Sequence record: MZ892903.1
Origin: Escherichia phage ELT1
Direction: 5' to 3' (one strand)
Length of the DNA: 64,000 bases
A program made the position numbers and the translations under genes. Below are positions 16,851-26,783 of the stretch, in pieces (within the stretch, counting starts at the first letter, position 1; every line of letters starts with the position of its first letter). The notes below the pieces were generated by a model that did not search any database, was not told where the DNA came from, and saw nothing but the letters and a program-made list of their open reading frames with translations.

Positions 16851-18134
16851 ATGGCTAAAATCAACGAACTTCTGCGCGAATCAACCACAACGAATAGCAA
16901 CTCAATCGGTCGCCCAAATCTCGTTGCTTTGACTCGCGCTACCACTAAATTAATATATTCTGACATTGTAGCAACGCAAAGAACTAATCAACCTGTTGCT
17001 GCTTTTTATGGTATCAAATACCTTAATCCAGATAACGAATTTACATTTAAAACTGGTGCTACTTACGCTGGCGAAGCTGGATATGTAGACCGAGAACAAA
17101 TCACAGAATTAACAGAAGAGTCTAAATTAACTCTCAATAAAGGCGATTTATTCAAATATAATAATATCGTTTATAAAGTATTAGAAGATACACCATTTGC
17201 TACCATTGAAGAAAGTGATTTAGAATTAGCTCTTCAGATTGCAATTGTTCTTTTAAAGGTTCGTCTATTTTCTGATGCTGCAGTAACAAGCAAATTTGAA
17301 AGCTCTGATAGCGAAATTGCGGATGCTAGATTCCAGATTAATAAATGGCAAACCGCAGTTAAATCTCGTAAACTTAAAACTGGCATTACAGTTGAATTAG
17401 CGCAAGATTTAGAAGCAAATGGATTCGATGCTCCTAATTTCTTGGAAGATTTGCTTGCAACTGAAATGGCGGATGAAATCAATAAAGATATTCTGCAATC
17501 TTTGATTACAGTATCAAAACGCTATAAAGTTACAGGAATTACTGATACTGGATTCATTGATTTGAGTTATGCATCTGCACCTGAAGCTGGTCGTTCATTA
17601 TACCGAATGGTATGTGAAATGGTTTCGCATATCCAAAAAGAATCAACTTATACAGCAACGTTCTGTGTTGCTTCTGCTCGTGCCGCTGCGATTCTTGCTG
17701 CATCAGGTTGGTTAAAACATAAACCAGAAGATGACAAATATCTTTCACAAAATGCCTATGGGTTTTTAGCTAATGGTTTACCACTTTATTGCGATACTAA
17801 CAGCCCATTAGATTATGTAATCGTTGGCGTAGTAGAAAATATCGGTGAAAAAGAAATTGTTGGATCAATTTTCTATGCTCCGTATACAGAAGGTCTCGAC
17901 TTAGATGACCCTGAACATGTAGGTGCATTTAAAGTTGTTGTTGATCCAGAAAGCTTACAGCCGTCTATCGGTTTATTAGTTAGATATGCTTTATCTGCAA
18001 ATCCTTACACTGTAGCAAAAGATGAAAAAGAAGCAAGAATAATTGATGGTGGAGACATGGATAAAATGGCGGGTCGTTCAGATTTGTCTGTTTTATTAGG
18101 TGTTAAGCTACCAAAAATTATTGTTGATGAATAA
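16851..18134 (+). CDS. 24: capsid vertex protein gp24
   Basis: 427 aa, T4 gp24 length and position. Confidence 0.9.
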   Translation: MAKINELLRESTTTNSNSIGRPNLVALTRATTKLIYSDIVATQRTNQPVAAFYGIKYLNPDNEFTFKTGATYAGEAGYVDREQITELTEESKLTLNKGDLFKYNNIVYKVLEDTPFATIEESDLELALQIAIVLLKVRLFSDAAVTSKFESSDSEIADARFQINKWQTAVKSRKLKTGITVELAQDLEANGFDAPNFLEDLLATEMADEINKDILQSLITVSKRYKVTGITDTGFIDLSYASAPEAGRSLYRMVCEMVSHIQKESTYTATFCVASARAAAILAASGWLKHKPEDDKYLSQNAYGFLANGLPLYCDTNSPLDYVIVGVVENIGEKEIVGSIFYAPYTEGLDLDDPEHVGAFKVVVDPESLQPSIGLLVRYALSANPYTVAKDEKEARIIDGGDMDKMAGRSDLSVLLGVKLPKIIVDE

Positions 18135-18140
18135 AACAAA

Positions 18141-18162
18141 GGGACCGAAAGGTCCCTTTTTT
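18141..18162. terminator. bidirectional terminator between convergent genes 24 and rnlB
   Basis: gggacc-gaaa-ggtccc with A-run 5' and T-run 3'. Confidence 0.7.
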
Positions 18163-18164
18163 AT

Positions 18165-19169
18165 TTAACTTACCAATTCAATCCAAGTCGGACGAAGTAC
18201 ATCTTGTACCATTTTAACTAATTCCTTTTTAATCAAAGAAGGATTATCCGCTTGAGTTAAAGTAATACCTTCACGAGAAGTTTCTTCCAAAATATCTTGA
18301 ACAGTTAGTCCCATCACCTTTCCAAAATCTTTTGGACCAATTTCGCCAATTTTAGAAATAACGTTATTTACTCGGTTCAGTGTAACGTAACAAGCTAAAA
18401 TTCCCAGCAATTTATTATCAGCTTCTGACAGTTCAACTTTAGCTTTAATAGGCTTATCAGACTTTTTCTTTTCGCTAAATTTAGAGTTCTTGCATTTAAT
18501 CGCTACACGATTGCCATTAGGCATCCAAAAAGGATAACAAGGTTTCAATACATATCCTTCAGCAGTAAATACTTCGCCTTTTGCTTCGGCATTCCAAACG
18601 CATTTATTTGCATCAACTAATCCAGCGTGGTCTACCGTAAAATTATAATCCTGGACGACAGAATCTAAATCATTTGGCAATTTAATAAGTTCTTCAAATT
18701 TACCACGACCCAAAAGTGGAGCCATTTTAAATTTGAATGTATTACAGAATGATTCCATCATATAATCATCGACATAAGTCACATCACCACTTTCTGTAGT
18801 AACAATAATGTCAAATACATAAAAATCTTTATCACCATAATCAACATTCTTCTGAATGCCAGGTCCAGCGAATTCGCCGAAGACTTGATAAGATACAACT
18901 GCCGAAGTTTCCATAATATCTTGTACTGCTTTAATGGAATCAGCGTAATTCTTCAAAATAATTTCATACCCAAAGAAATCTTCAGCAGGAAGAATCGGTC
19001 CAGTACGTTTAGCACAAGTTGCTTTATCGCGTTCAATAATCAGTGAGAAATTTGTGCCATGAATCTTTTCACGAGCTACCCATTCGCCGCCAGTCAATCC
19101 TAAACTGTAAAGTTTTTCAATGAATTTAGAATTGTAATGATTTTCAAGACTGCTATACTTTTTAAACAT
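18165..19169 (-). CDS. rnlB: RNA ligase 2
   Basis: 334 aa, nucleotidyltransferase lysine motif KIHGTN. Confidence 0.9.
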   Translation of the reverse strand: MFKKYSSLENHYNSKFIEKLYSLGLTGGEWVAREKIHGTNFSLIIERDKATCAKRTGPILPAEDFFGYEIILKNYADSIKAVQDIMETSAVVSYQVFGEFAGPGIQKNVDYGDKDFYVFDIIVTTESGDVTYVDDYMMESFCNTFKFKMAPLLGRGKFEELIKLPNDLDSVVQDYNFTVDHAGLVDANKCVWNAEAKGEVFTAEGYVLKPCYPFWMPNGNRVAIKCKNSKFSEKKKSDKPIKAKVELSEADNKLLGILACYVTLNRVNNVISKIGEIGPKDFGKVMGLTVQDILEETSREGITLTQADNPSLIKKELVKMVQDVLRPTWIELVS

Positions 19170-19178
19170 AATTAATCC

Positions 19179-19457
19179 TCAAAATGTAATTTCTAACCAA
19201 TCACCATCACGCTGATCACTATTGACTTTAAAGCTAAATCCTTCTTTTCTCAGCCAATCACCAATTTCTTCAGTAATCAATTTATCGCGAGCGGTACAAT
19301 AATAACTAAAATATGTTTTACCTTGTTCAGCTGCTTTATTAGCAAGTTCCGAAAAATCTTTAATAAAACACTCTAGTTTAAACTGTTTACTTTTAAGTGC
19401 TTTTTCGCGTAATTGATTAGCGAAAGATTCATTTTCATAAAGATCATACTGTTCCAT
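19179..19457 (-). CDS. conserved hypothetical protein (T4 24.2-like position)
   Basis: 92-aa ORF in compact minus-strand operon. Confidence 0.6.
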   Translation of the reverse strand: MEQYDLYENESFANQLREKALKSKQFKLECFIKDFSELANKAAEQGKTYFSYYCTARDKLITEEIGDWLRKEGFSFKVNSDQRDGDWLEITF

Positions 19458-19659
19458 TTTTCACCTTTTTATTAATATGTCTTTTTCTATAGACAACTTT
19501 TTCTCGAGTCTCAAATTTATTCTTAGCAGTCATAGCTCGAGCCCATAATACAGCCACTTCTTTCGCCTGTAAGTTCAATTCACGAGCAATTTCAATGAAT
19601 GACTTTCCAGACTCATGAAGAGTAAACACCACAACCTCAGTTCTCATAATCAATCTCAT
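19444..19659 (-). CDS. small hypothetical protein with helix-turn-helix-like segment (T4 24.3-like position)
   Basis: 71 aa, segment KSFIEIARELNLQAKEV. Confidence 0.5.
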   Translation of the reverse strand: MRLIMRTEVVVFTLHESGKSFIEIARELNLQAKEVAVLWARAMTAKNKFETREKVVYRKRHINKKVKNGTV

Positions 19660-19728
19660 GTTATCGAGTTGGTGCCATTATATACATCATTTTCTGAGTG
19701 TGTTTTGTGTGCTTTCAAAATGAAGAAA

Positions 19729-19742
19729 GGGGCCGAAGCCCC
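19729..19742 (-). terminator. hairpin after hoc on minus strand
   Basis: ggggc-cgaa-gcccc followed on minus strand by T-rich run. Confidence 0.5.
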
Positions 19743-19747
19743 TAAGA

Positions 19748-20878
19748 TTATGGATAGGTATAGATGATACCAGTTTCTAAAGCAGTTTTATGAATGATGT
19801 ATCCATTACGTGATTCTTGAACATCAACTTCTGGATAATCTTGCAACATCTTCTGAAGAGTGTAACGATGCAAGTAATATTTACTATCTGGATCTTCAGT
19901 TTTCCAATCTTTACCTTCTTCGGTCATTTTTTGGATTTCATCCATAACCCACCAACCGCACCAGATATAAGCTGAAGTACGATGTGGAAGAGGATGAACA
20001 TAAGGCAATTCACCTTCTGGTTCTGGAGCAACTTTATCAGTTACCTGAACTTGACCTTCTGCTGTGATAGTTTTGCTATCATAATCAGTAGCGGTAACAG
20101 TTGCAGTAACTTCAATAGTTTGACTTCCAATAGATGATGTATCAACGGTGTATACATTAGTTGACCCTTCTACAGGAGAAGAATCTTTCTTCCATGAATA
20201 CGTAATTTGCGCTTCTTCCGGGGCATCAGTGACATTAGCAGTAAATGTAGCCGAAGCATCTTGCTGAACGTTAATAGAAGGAGGAGTCAATGTAACCTGT
20301 GGATTCATTGTCTTCTTATTAACAGTCAGTGATACTTCATTAGAAGTAACTTCCTTTGCATCATAATCTGTCGCGGTTACTTGAGCTACACACTTAATTG
20401 TTTTAACTCCACTTGTAGTTGGAGTATAGCTAAATGTAGCGGAAGTTGCTTCACTAACAGGAGAATCATCTACATGCCACTGATACGTAGCAGATGCGCC
20501 TGGTGGTTGAGAAGCTAAAGCAGCGGTAAATTCAACAGCTGTTCCGATTACTCCAGCATCAGGGCTACCAGGAGTTACTGCCAAGGTAGTTGTTTGTGTC
20601 TTATTTTGAACTGTGATAGTTGTACTAATTTCAGCTGTTTCGGGACTACTATCGGCAACTTGATTGGTTGCAACTACTTTAATAGTCTTTTGACCGGCAG
20701 GTCCTTTTAGTACATAACTAAAAGTTGCTTCAGCTCCATCCTGTGGAACATCGTCTACAGTCCAAGCATAGGTAATAGTTCCACCTCCAGTTTCACCACT
20801 GGGTGTAGCAGTAAACTGCTGAGTCTGATCTATAACTCCAGTAGGTGTTTTAGGAGTTATATCAACTGTAAAAGCCAT
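19748..20878 (-). CDS. hoc: highly immunogenic outer capsid protein Hoc
   Basis: 376 aa, repeated Ig-like segments, T4 Hoc length and position. Confidence 0.85.
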   Translation of the reverse strand: MAFTVDITPKTPTGVIDQTQQFTATPSGETGGGTITYAWTVDDVPQDGAEATFSYVLKGPAGQKTIKVVATNQVADSSPETAEISTTITVQNKTQTTTLAVTPGSPDAGVIGTAVEFTAALASQPPGASATYQWHVDDSPVSEATSATFSYTPTTSGVKTIKCVAQVTATDYDAKEVTSNEVSLTVNKKTMNPQVTLTPPSINVQQDASATFTANVTDAPEEAQITYSWKKDSSPVEGSTNVYTVDTSSIGSQTIEVTATVTATDYDSKTITAEGQVQVTDKVAPEPEGELPYVHPLPHRTSAYIWCGWWVMDEIQKMTEEGKDWKTEDPDSKYYLHRYTLQKMLQDYPEVDVQESRNGYIIHKTALETGIIYTYP

Positions 20879-20887
20879 AAGTTATCC

Positions 20888-21568
20888 TTATTTTAATGTT
20901 ACGAAAGAAGAGTTGCGTGTTTCACGAATTAGAACTGATCCGTCACGGTTAATGTAGTAAATTAAGCTAAATAAAGTTTGATGTGCCGACGCGTGTTCAA
21001 AACTAGTTGGGTGAGATTTCCAATCCGGAGTTTCAGCAATCCACTGGTAAATCCACCAAGGAACAGTACAGAATCCTGGATTTTTTCCAATCAGCTGAAG
21101 ATTCGGACTAAAGTTTTCCGGAAGAGTAAATACAGACGGCTTTTCAGATTCAATAATCTCAGCTACAGCCTGTTCAAATTTTTCTTCAACAAAAGGAGTA
21201 TCTTCAATCAAAACATCGGTATTTTCGGGAATTTTATCCATTTCTACTACTTCAATTTTAATGTCAGATTTAACCGGAGAATCAATCAGAAGTGCTGCCT
21301 CTGGATTGACTTCTTCATCGTCATATTTTAACCCCTCTGCAGCATCAGCAGCATCAATTAAGTCTTTAATAGATAACCCATCAGTCTCTGGCATAGGTTC
21401 ACTAGCGAGCTTCTGGAGGGCTTCTTCAATATCATTAACGATATTATCAAAAGATTTATTCTTTTTGACCTTTATACCAAACTGTTCAGCATATTCAGCT
21501 AATTTAGCCTTAGCTTCTTTATTATCATCAAGAGCCTTCAGCTCTGCAATATAATCTTTATCTATCAT
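20888..21568 (-). CDS. inh: prohead protease inhibitor-like protein
   Basis: 226 aa, position between hoc and segE. Confidence 0.7.
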   Translation of the reverse strand: MIDKDYIAELKALDDNKEAKAKLAEYAEQFGIKVKKNKSFDNIVNDIEEALQKLASEPMPETDGLSIKDLIDAADAAEGLKYDDEEVNPEAALLIDSPVKSDIKIEVVEMDKIPENTDVLIEDTPFVEEKFEQAVAEIIESEKPSVFTLPENFSPNLQLIGKNPGFCTVPWWIYQWIAETPDWKSHPTSFEHASAHQTLFSLIYYINRDGSVLIRETRNSSFVTLK

Positions 21569-21581
21569 AATATTTCCTCAG

Positions 21582-21589
21582 TATAAATA
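21582..21589 (+). promoter_or_regulatory. late promoter core TATAAATA 29 nt upstream of segE
   Basis: exact TATAAATA. Confidence 0.55.
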
Positions 21590-21617
21590 TAGATATATTT
21601 ATTACTCGGAAAATAGT

Positions 21618-22235
21618 ATGTACCACTTTGTATATGAAACAACAAATCTAATAAACGGTAAAAAGTATATAGGAAAGCATTCTACTGACGACTTGAATGA
21701 TGGTTACCTTGGTTCCGGTAAGGCAATTCAGCAGGCTATAAAGAAATATGGTGAAAACAATTTCTCTAGAAAAATACTAAAAGAGTTTAAAACTTCCGAA
21801 GAAGCGTACATGTATGAAGAAGAAATTATAACTCCTGAACTAATAAAAAGCAAAAATTATTATAATATGAAACCCGGTGGAATTGGTGGAATTGTTATGA
21901 CTACAGAGGTTATAGCAAAGATGAAAGAATCTTCCGCTAAAAGATTTGAAAACTCACCAGGCACGGTATTAGGTAAAACTTGTTACACTAATGGAACTAA
22001 AAATATTTTTATTAAACCTGGAGAACTTGTTCCAGAAGGATTTGTAAAAGGGATGGTTCATCCTAATAGAAAGTCTAGAAAAGGATGTAAAGTTAAACCG
22101 ACTACCACAGGAACTTTTTGGGTCAATAATGGCGTAATAAATAAATTAATACAACCAGACGGTATTATTCCCGACGGATTTATTAAAGGTCGTCTCATGA
22201 AAAGAGACTCTAAAGGCAAATTTAGTAAGGCATAA
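21618..22235 (+). CDS. segE: GIY-YIG homing endonuclease SegE-like
   Basis: 205 aa, N-terminal FVYETTNLINGKKYIGKHS (GIY-YIG), position between inh and uvsW. Confidence 0.85.
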   Translation: MYHFVYETTNLINGKKYIGKHSTDDLNDGYLGSGKAIQQAIKKYGENNFSRKILKEFKTSEEAYMYEEEIITPELIKSKNYYNMKPGGIGGIVMTTEVIAKMKESSAKRFENSPGTVLGKTCYTNGTKNIFIKPGELVPEGFVKGMVHPNRKSRKGCKVKPTTTGTFWVNNGVINKLIQPDGIIPDGFIKGRLMKRDSKGKFSKA

Positions 22236-22237
22236 TT

Positions 22238-23746
22238 ATGGATATTAAAGTACATTTTCACGACTTCAGTCATGTACGCATCGATTGTGAAGAGAGCACG
22301 TTCCACGAATTAAGAGATTTCTTTTCGTTTGAGGCCGATGGATATAGGTTTAATCCTCGCTTCAGATATGGCAACTGGGATGGACGAATCCGTCTTTTAG
22401 ATTATAATCGCCTTCTTCCATTCGGTTTAGTCGGGCAAATTAAAAAGTTCTGCGATAACTTTGGCTATAAAGCCTGGATTGACCCACAAATTAACGAAAA
22501 AGAAGAATTATCAAGAAAAGATTTTGATGAATGGCTTTCTAAATTAGAAATCTATTCAGGAAATAAAAGAATTGAACCGCACTGGTATCAAAAAGATGCA
22601 GTGTTCGAAGGATTAGTTAATCGTCGTAGAATTCTTAATCTTCCAACATCCGCTGGTAAATCTTTAATTCAAGCTTTGCTTGCGCGTTATTATTTGGAAA
22701 ATTATGAAGGTAAAATTCTTATCATTGTTCCAACAACTGCTTTAACAACTCAGATGGCTGATGACTTTGTTGACTATCGTTTATTCAGTCATGCAATGAT
22801 AAAGAAAATCGGTGGTGGAGCATCAAAAGATGATAAATATAAAAATGATGCACCGGTAATTGTTGGTACATGGCAAACTGTAGTAAAACAACCGAAAGAA
22901 TGGTTCTCACAGTTTGGAATGATGATGAATGATGAATGCCATCTTGCTACAGGAAAAAGTATTTCATCCATCATATCAGGTTTAAATAACTGCATGTTCA
23001 AATTCGGTTTGTCTGGTTCATTACGTGATGGAAAAGCCAATATCATGCAGTATGTTGGAATGTTTGGTGAAATATTTAAGCCAGTAACGACTTCTAAATT
23101 AATGGAAGATGGGCAAGTAACTGAGCTAAAAATTAATAGTATTTTTCTTCGCTATCCTGATGAGTTCACTACTAAATTAAAGGGAAAAACTTACCAAGAA
23201 GAAATAAAAATTATTACTGGACTCAGTAAAAGAAATAAATGGATTGCTAAATTAGCTATTAAACTTGCACAAAAAGATGAAAACGCTTTTGTCATGTTTA
23301 AGCATGTATCACATGGTAAAGCTATTTTCGATTTAATTAAAAATGAATACGATAAAGTTTATTACGTATCAGGGGAAGTTGATACCGAAACACGCAACGT
23401 AATGAAAACCTTAGCTGAAAACGGTAAAGGAATAATTATAGTAGCTAGTTATGGTGTATTTTCTACTGGTATTTCAGTTAAAAATCTGCATCACGTTGTT
23501 TTAGCGCACGGCGTTAAATCAAAAATCATTGTATTACAAACAATCGGTCGTGTATTACGTAAGCATGGTTCTAAAACAATCGCAACAGTCTGGGACCTCA
23601 TAGATGACGCGGGCGTCAAGCCAAAATCTGCTAATACGAAAAAGAAATATGTTCATTTGAACTATCTTTTAAAACACGGCATTGATCGTATTCAGCGCTA
23701 CGCAGATGAAAAATTTAATTACGTAATGAAAACAGTTAATTTATAA
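22238..23746 (+). CDS. uvsW: DNA/RNA helicase UvsW
   Basis: 502 aa, superfamily-2 helicase features, T4 UvsW length. Confidence 0.9.
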   Translation: MDIKVHFHDFSHVRIDCEESTFHELRDFFSFEADGYRFNPRFRYGNWDGRIRLLDYNRLLPFGLVGQIKKFCDNFGYKAWIDPQINEKEELSRKDFDEWLSKLEIYSGNKRIEPHWYQKDAVFEGLVNRRRILNLPTSAGKSLIQALLARYYLENYEGKILIIVPTTALTTQMADDFVDYRLFSHAMIKKIGGGASKDDKYKNDAPVIVGTWQTVVKQPKEWFSQFGMMMNDECHLATGKSISSIISGLNNCMFKFGLSGSLRDGKANIMQYVGMFGEIFKPVTTSKLMEDGQVTELKINSIFLRYPDEFTTKLKGKTYQEEIKIITGLSKRNKWIAKLAIKLAQKDENAFVMFKHVSHGKAIFDLIKNEYDKVYYVSGEVDTETRNVMKTLAENGKGIIIVASYGVFSTGISVKNLHHVVLAHGVKSKIIVLQTIGRVLRKHGSKTIATVWDLIDDAGVKPKSANTKKKYVHLNYLLKHGIDRIQRYADEKFNYVMKTVNL

Positions 23747-23771
23747 GGGCTTCGGCCCTTTGGAGAAAAAG

Positions 23772-24002
23772 ATGTTACTAGGATTTAAACAATTTCTTTA
23801 TGAAGCTTCTATTGATGAATTTATGGGTAAAATTGCCTCTTGTCAAACATTAGAAGGTTTAGAAGAACTTGAAGCTTATTACAAGAAAAGAGTCAAAGAA
23901 ACTGAATTAAAAGATACTGATGACATCTCAGTCAGAGATGCTTTGGCAGGAAAAAGAGCTGAATTAGAAGATTCAGACGATGAAGTAGAAGAAAGCTTTT
24001 AA
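23772..24002 (+). CDS. uvsW.1: UvsW.1 small acidic protein
   Basis: Start corrected to ATG 23772 after GGAG (track start is TTG 23760); 76 aa; a UUCG hairpin at 23747-23758 precedes it. Confidence 0.75.
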   Translation: MLLGFKQFLYEASIDEFMGKIASCQTLEGLEELEAYYKKRVKETELKDTDDISVRDALAGKRAELEDSDDEVEESF

Positions 24003-24058
24003 ATTAAAAAAAGGCCCAACCAAAAAGGAAGGGCCAAAACTATAGACTAAAGGTCACA

Positions 24059-24226
24059 CTATAGCAAAAGTTGTGTTTCATTTAATTGTTCTTCCGAACT
24101 TTCTGAAACTGGTAGTTCTTTAATGTAATTATAGCAAGGCCCAGGATGTACAGGACCTTTGTCTGTTTCAACAACCAATGCAGAATCGATTGGAGTTTTA
24201 CAGACAACACAAATCTTATCTGACAT
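24059..24226 (-). CDS. small Cys-containing hypothetical protein (55 aa; T4 uvsY.-2-like position); absent from supplied ORF track (<60 aa)
   Basis: Hand translation: MSDKICVVCKTPIDSALVVETDKGPVHPGPCYNYIKELPVSESSEEQLNETQLLL; start is 5 nt after a GGAG-containing stretch. Confidence 0.5.
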   Translation of the reverse strand: MSDKICVVCKTPIDSALVVETDKGPVHPGPCYNYIKELPVSESSEEQLNETQLLL

Positions 24227-24254
24227 GATTGTCTCCTCTAAATTATATATCTAT

Positions 24255-24479
24255 TTATATAACTCTCATATGCATATCAATGCCCATATCTTTAGAATAA
24301 AAATATTCATCAAGATATCCGGCAAATTTTCCTTTAATATAAAGTACATCTTCACCGCATGGGTGGTCGGCCAGGATACGAATATCCTGACGCTTGAGAT
24401 TATACTTTTTCATTAAGAATTGAATTTCCGTTTCGAATTCTTCTTCATAATTAAAAGCATCATCAATGCTATATCTCAT
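24255..24479 (-). CDS. hypothetical protein (T4 uvsY.-1-like position)
   Basis: 74-aa ORF, stop overlaps uvsY region. Confidence 0.6.
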   Translation of the reverse strand: MRYSIDDAFNYEEEFETEIQFLMKKYNLKRQDIRILADHPCGEDVLYIKGKFAGYLDEYFYSKDMGIDMHMRVI

Positions 24480-24892
24480 TATTTTCCAGCCTCAAATGCT
24501 CGCATGTCTTGAATATGCTTAATAGCAAATCCACGTGATTTTATAGCATCAAGAGCTCCGCTACAAAAATCCAATAAAATTCCCCAATATTGTAATGAAG
24601 TATCAACTTTTAAAACATCCTTATCAGCTGATAGAACTGTCTTCATTTCTGATTTCTCATAACGATCCATACTAAATTCATCACCATCTCCTCGTCCCGA
24701 GTAGTAGTCTAATTTAGCTTTAAGAGCAACTTTTTTCTGTGCGTCAATTCTAAGCATTTCCTTTTTAATACTTGAATGCTTATTAAGCCATTTACTATAT
24801 AACATCACATTATTAGCTGCTTCATACTGTAATTTAGTCGAATCTATAAACACATCTTTCTTCAATTCTTCTTGAAGATCTTCTAATTTCAT
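24479..24892 (-). CDS. uvsY: recombination mediator UvsY
   Basis: 137 aa, T4 UvsY length and position. Confidence 0.85.
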   Translation of the reverse strand: MKLEDLQEELKKDVFIDSTKLQYEAANNVMLYSKWLNKHSSIKKEMLRIDAQKKVALKAKLDYYSGRGDGDEFSMDRYEKSEMKTVLSADKDVLKVDTSLQYWGILLDFCSGALDAIKSRGFAIKHIQDMRAFEAGK

Positions 24893-24958
24893 ATTGTTCT
24901 CTATTCAATTGTTATTGGATGGACTTAGATTCATTATACCACGTTTATACGTGAAGCA

Positions 24959-25357
24959 TTATACTCTGTTACTGGAAGCCAGTTGTAGTTTTATCTGCTC
25001 AATATCATCAGGGTTATCGATGACCGAAAAGCGTATTTCTACTATCAGAGTATAATCATCATAAACTGGTATTACATTAACTGCTAATTTATCAATACGT
25101 GGCTCGTAGTTTCTTACTGCGCTTTCAATGTTACGCTCAACAGTATCAGCAGTAAGAGGAGTCATATTCTCAAAAAGCTGATCAGATAAATCACATCCAA
25201 ATTCCGGGTCAAATGGTCTCGACCCTTTTCTGGTTGTAATAATTCCCAAAAGGCTATTTTTAATTGACCTTAATCCAAGAGATCTAGAAACATCTTTGTC
25301 CCAATCCATTTTCATTTCTGGGTCAATGTCAGAATAAAGTTTATTGATATTTGCCAT
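24959..25357 (-). CDS. 25: baseplate wedge protein gp25
   Basis: 132 aa. Confidence 0.9.
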   Translation of the reverse strand: MANINKLYSDIDPEMKMDWDKDVSRSLGLRSIKNSLLGIITTRKGSRPFDPEFGCDLSDQLFENMTPLTADTVERNIESAVRNYEPRIDKLAVNVIPVYDDYTLIVEIRFSVIDNPDDIEQIKLQLASSNRV

Positions 25358-25983
25358 TACAATAGCTCAAAGAATTCTTTGAGTCCTCTTATTACATGAG
25401 CGTGAGATTTTCCACACTCTGGACATTTAATTGGAACAGCCAAATAAACAGTAGGCTTTAAAAGCATATCTTTTATAGCTACAATATCTGACTCTGTGAT
25501 GATAGAATATAAATCTTCCAACTCTTTTTCATTCAAGTCTTCAATTGGAATGCTTTCACCGTTAGCATGAATCGTTTCTATACATGATACTATCATGTGG
25601 GCTATATTTTTATCATCAAAAATTTTAGGGTATCGGAACTTAATTTTAATGTCACCCAGTGTATACCAGAGGTCTTCTGGTGCATCTATTTGTGTATGTA
25701 ATAGATTTATATGGGTTGGTATTTCAGTTCCACAGGTGCACTTCCAGGAGTTTTCGTGATTAACTTCACCGAGAGAATGTGCCCATAAATGAATCAGCAG
25801 TAGTTCTGATTCTTGGCGGTTTAAATCTTTTGCATTTGTGCAGTCTTTGATTAGCTTTTTAACAATTACTTCTACAGAACCATTATTTTTGGCAGTAATA
25901 AGTTCTAGATATTCTTTAAGTGTGAATGCGCGACAATTGATTATTTTAGAACCAACTCTCACATCAAATTTGTATTCATACAT
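25357..25983 (-). CDS. 26: baseplate hub protein gp26
   Basis: 208 aa. Confidence 0.85.
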   Translation of the reverse strand: MYEYKFDVRVGSKIINCRAFTLKEYLELITAKNNGSVEVIVKKLIKDCTNAKDLNRQESELLLIHLWAHSLGEVNHENSWKCTCGTEIPTHINLLHTQIDAPEDLWYTLGDIKIKFRYPKIFDDKNIAHMIVSCIETIHANGESIPIEDLNEKELEDLYSIITESDIVAIKDMLLKPTVYLAVPIKCPECGKSHAHVIRGLKEFFELL

Positions 25984-26004
25984 ATTTAGCTCCTTTATTT
26001 ATCA

Positions 26005-26016
26005 TATTTATAAATA
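26005..26016. promoter_or_regulatory. overlapping divergent late promoter cores (TATAAATA on both strands) between genes 26 and 51
   Basis: palindromic tatttataaata; plus-strand core 26009-26016, minus-strand core 26005-26012. Confidence 0.6.
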
Positions 26017-26033
26017 GAATAAAAGGAGCATCT

Positions 26034-26783
26034 ATGGCAAACATTATTCGTTGTAAATTACCAGATGGTGTTCATCGTTTTAAACCATTTACGGTAGAAG
26101 ATTATCGAGATTTTTTGTTAGTTCGAAACGATATAGAACATCGGTCACCACAAGAACAAAAAGAAATAATTGCTGATTTAATTGCCGATTATTTTGGAGA
26201 CTATCCGAAGACTTGGCAACCATTTATATTTTTGCAGGTATTTGTAGGGTCAATAGGTAAAACTAAAGTACCGGTCACATTTGTATGTCCAAAATGTAAA
26301 AAAGAAAAGACAGTTCCATTTGAAATATATCAAAAAGAATTAAAGGAACCTGTTTTTGATGTAGCTAATGTTAAAATTAAATTAAAGTTTCCTTCTGAGT
26401 TTTATGAAAATAAAGCAAAGATGATTACTGAAAATATTCATTCCGTTCAAGTAGATGAAATGTGGTATGATTGGAATGAAATTAGCGAATCAAGTCAAAT
26501 AGAACTTGTTGATGCCATCGAGATAGAAACATTAGAAAAAATTCTCGATGCAATGAATCCTATTAATTTAACATTGCATATGTCATGTTGTAATAAGTAT
26601 GTAAAAAAATACACTGATATAGTAGATGTGTTTAAGCTATTAGTTAACCCAGATGAAATATTTACTTTTTATCAAATTAATCACACACTCGTAAAAAGTA
26701 ATTATAGCTTAAATTCAATAATGAAAATGATTCCTGCTGAGCGCGGATTCGTATTAAAACTGATTGAGAAGGATAAACAATAA
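26034..26783 (+). CDS. 51: baseplate hub assembly protein gp51
   Basis: 249 aa. Confidence 0.85.
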   Translation: MANIIRCKLPDGVHRFKPFTVEDYRDFLLVRNDIEHRSPQEQKEIIADLIADYFGDYPKTWQPFIFLQVFVGSIGKTKVPVTFVCPKCKKEKTVPFEIYQKELKEPVFDVANVKIKLKFPSEFYENKAKMITENIHSVQVDEMWYDWNEISESSQIELVDAIEIETLEKILDAMNPINLTLHMSCCNKYVKKYTDIVDVFKLLVNPDEIFTFYQINHTLVKSNYSLNSIMKMIPAERGFVLKLIEKDKQ

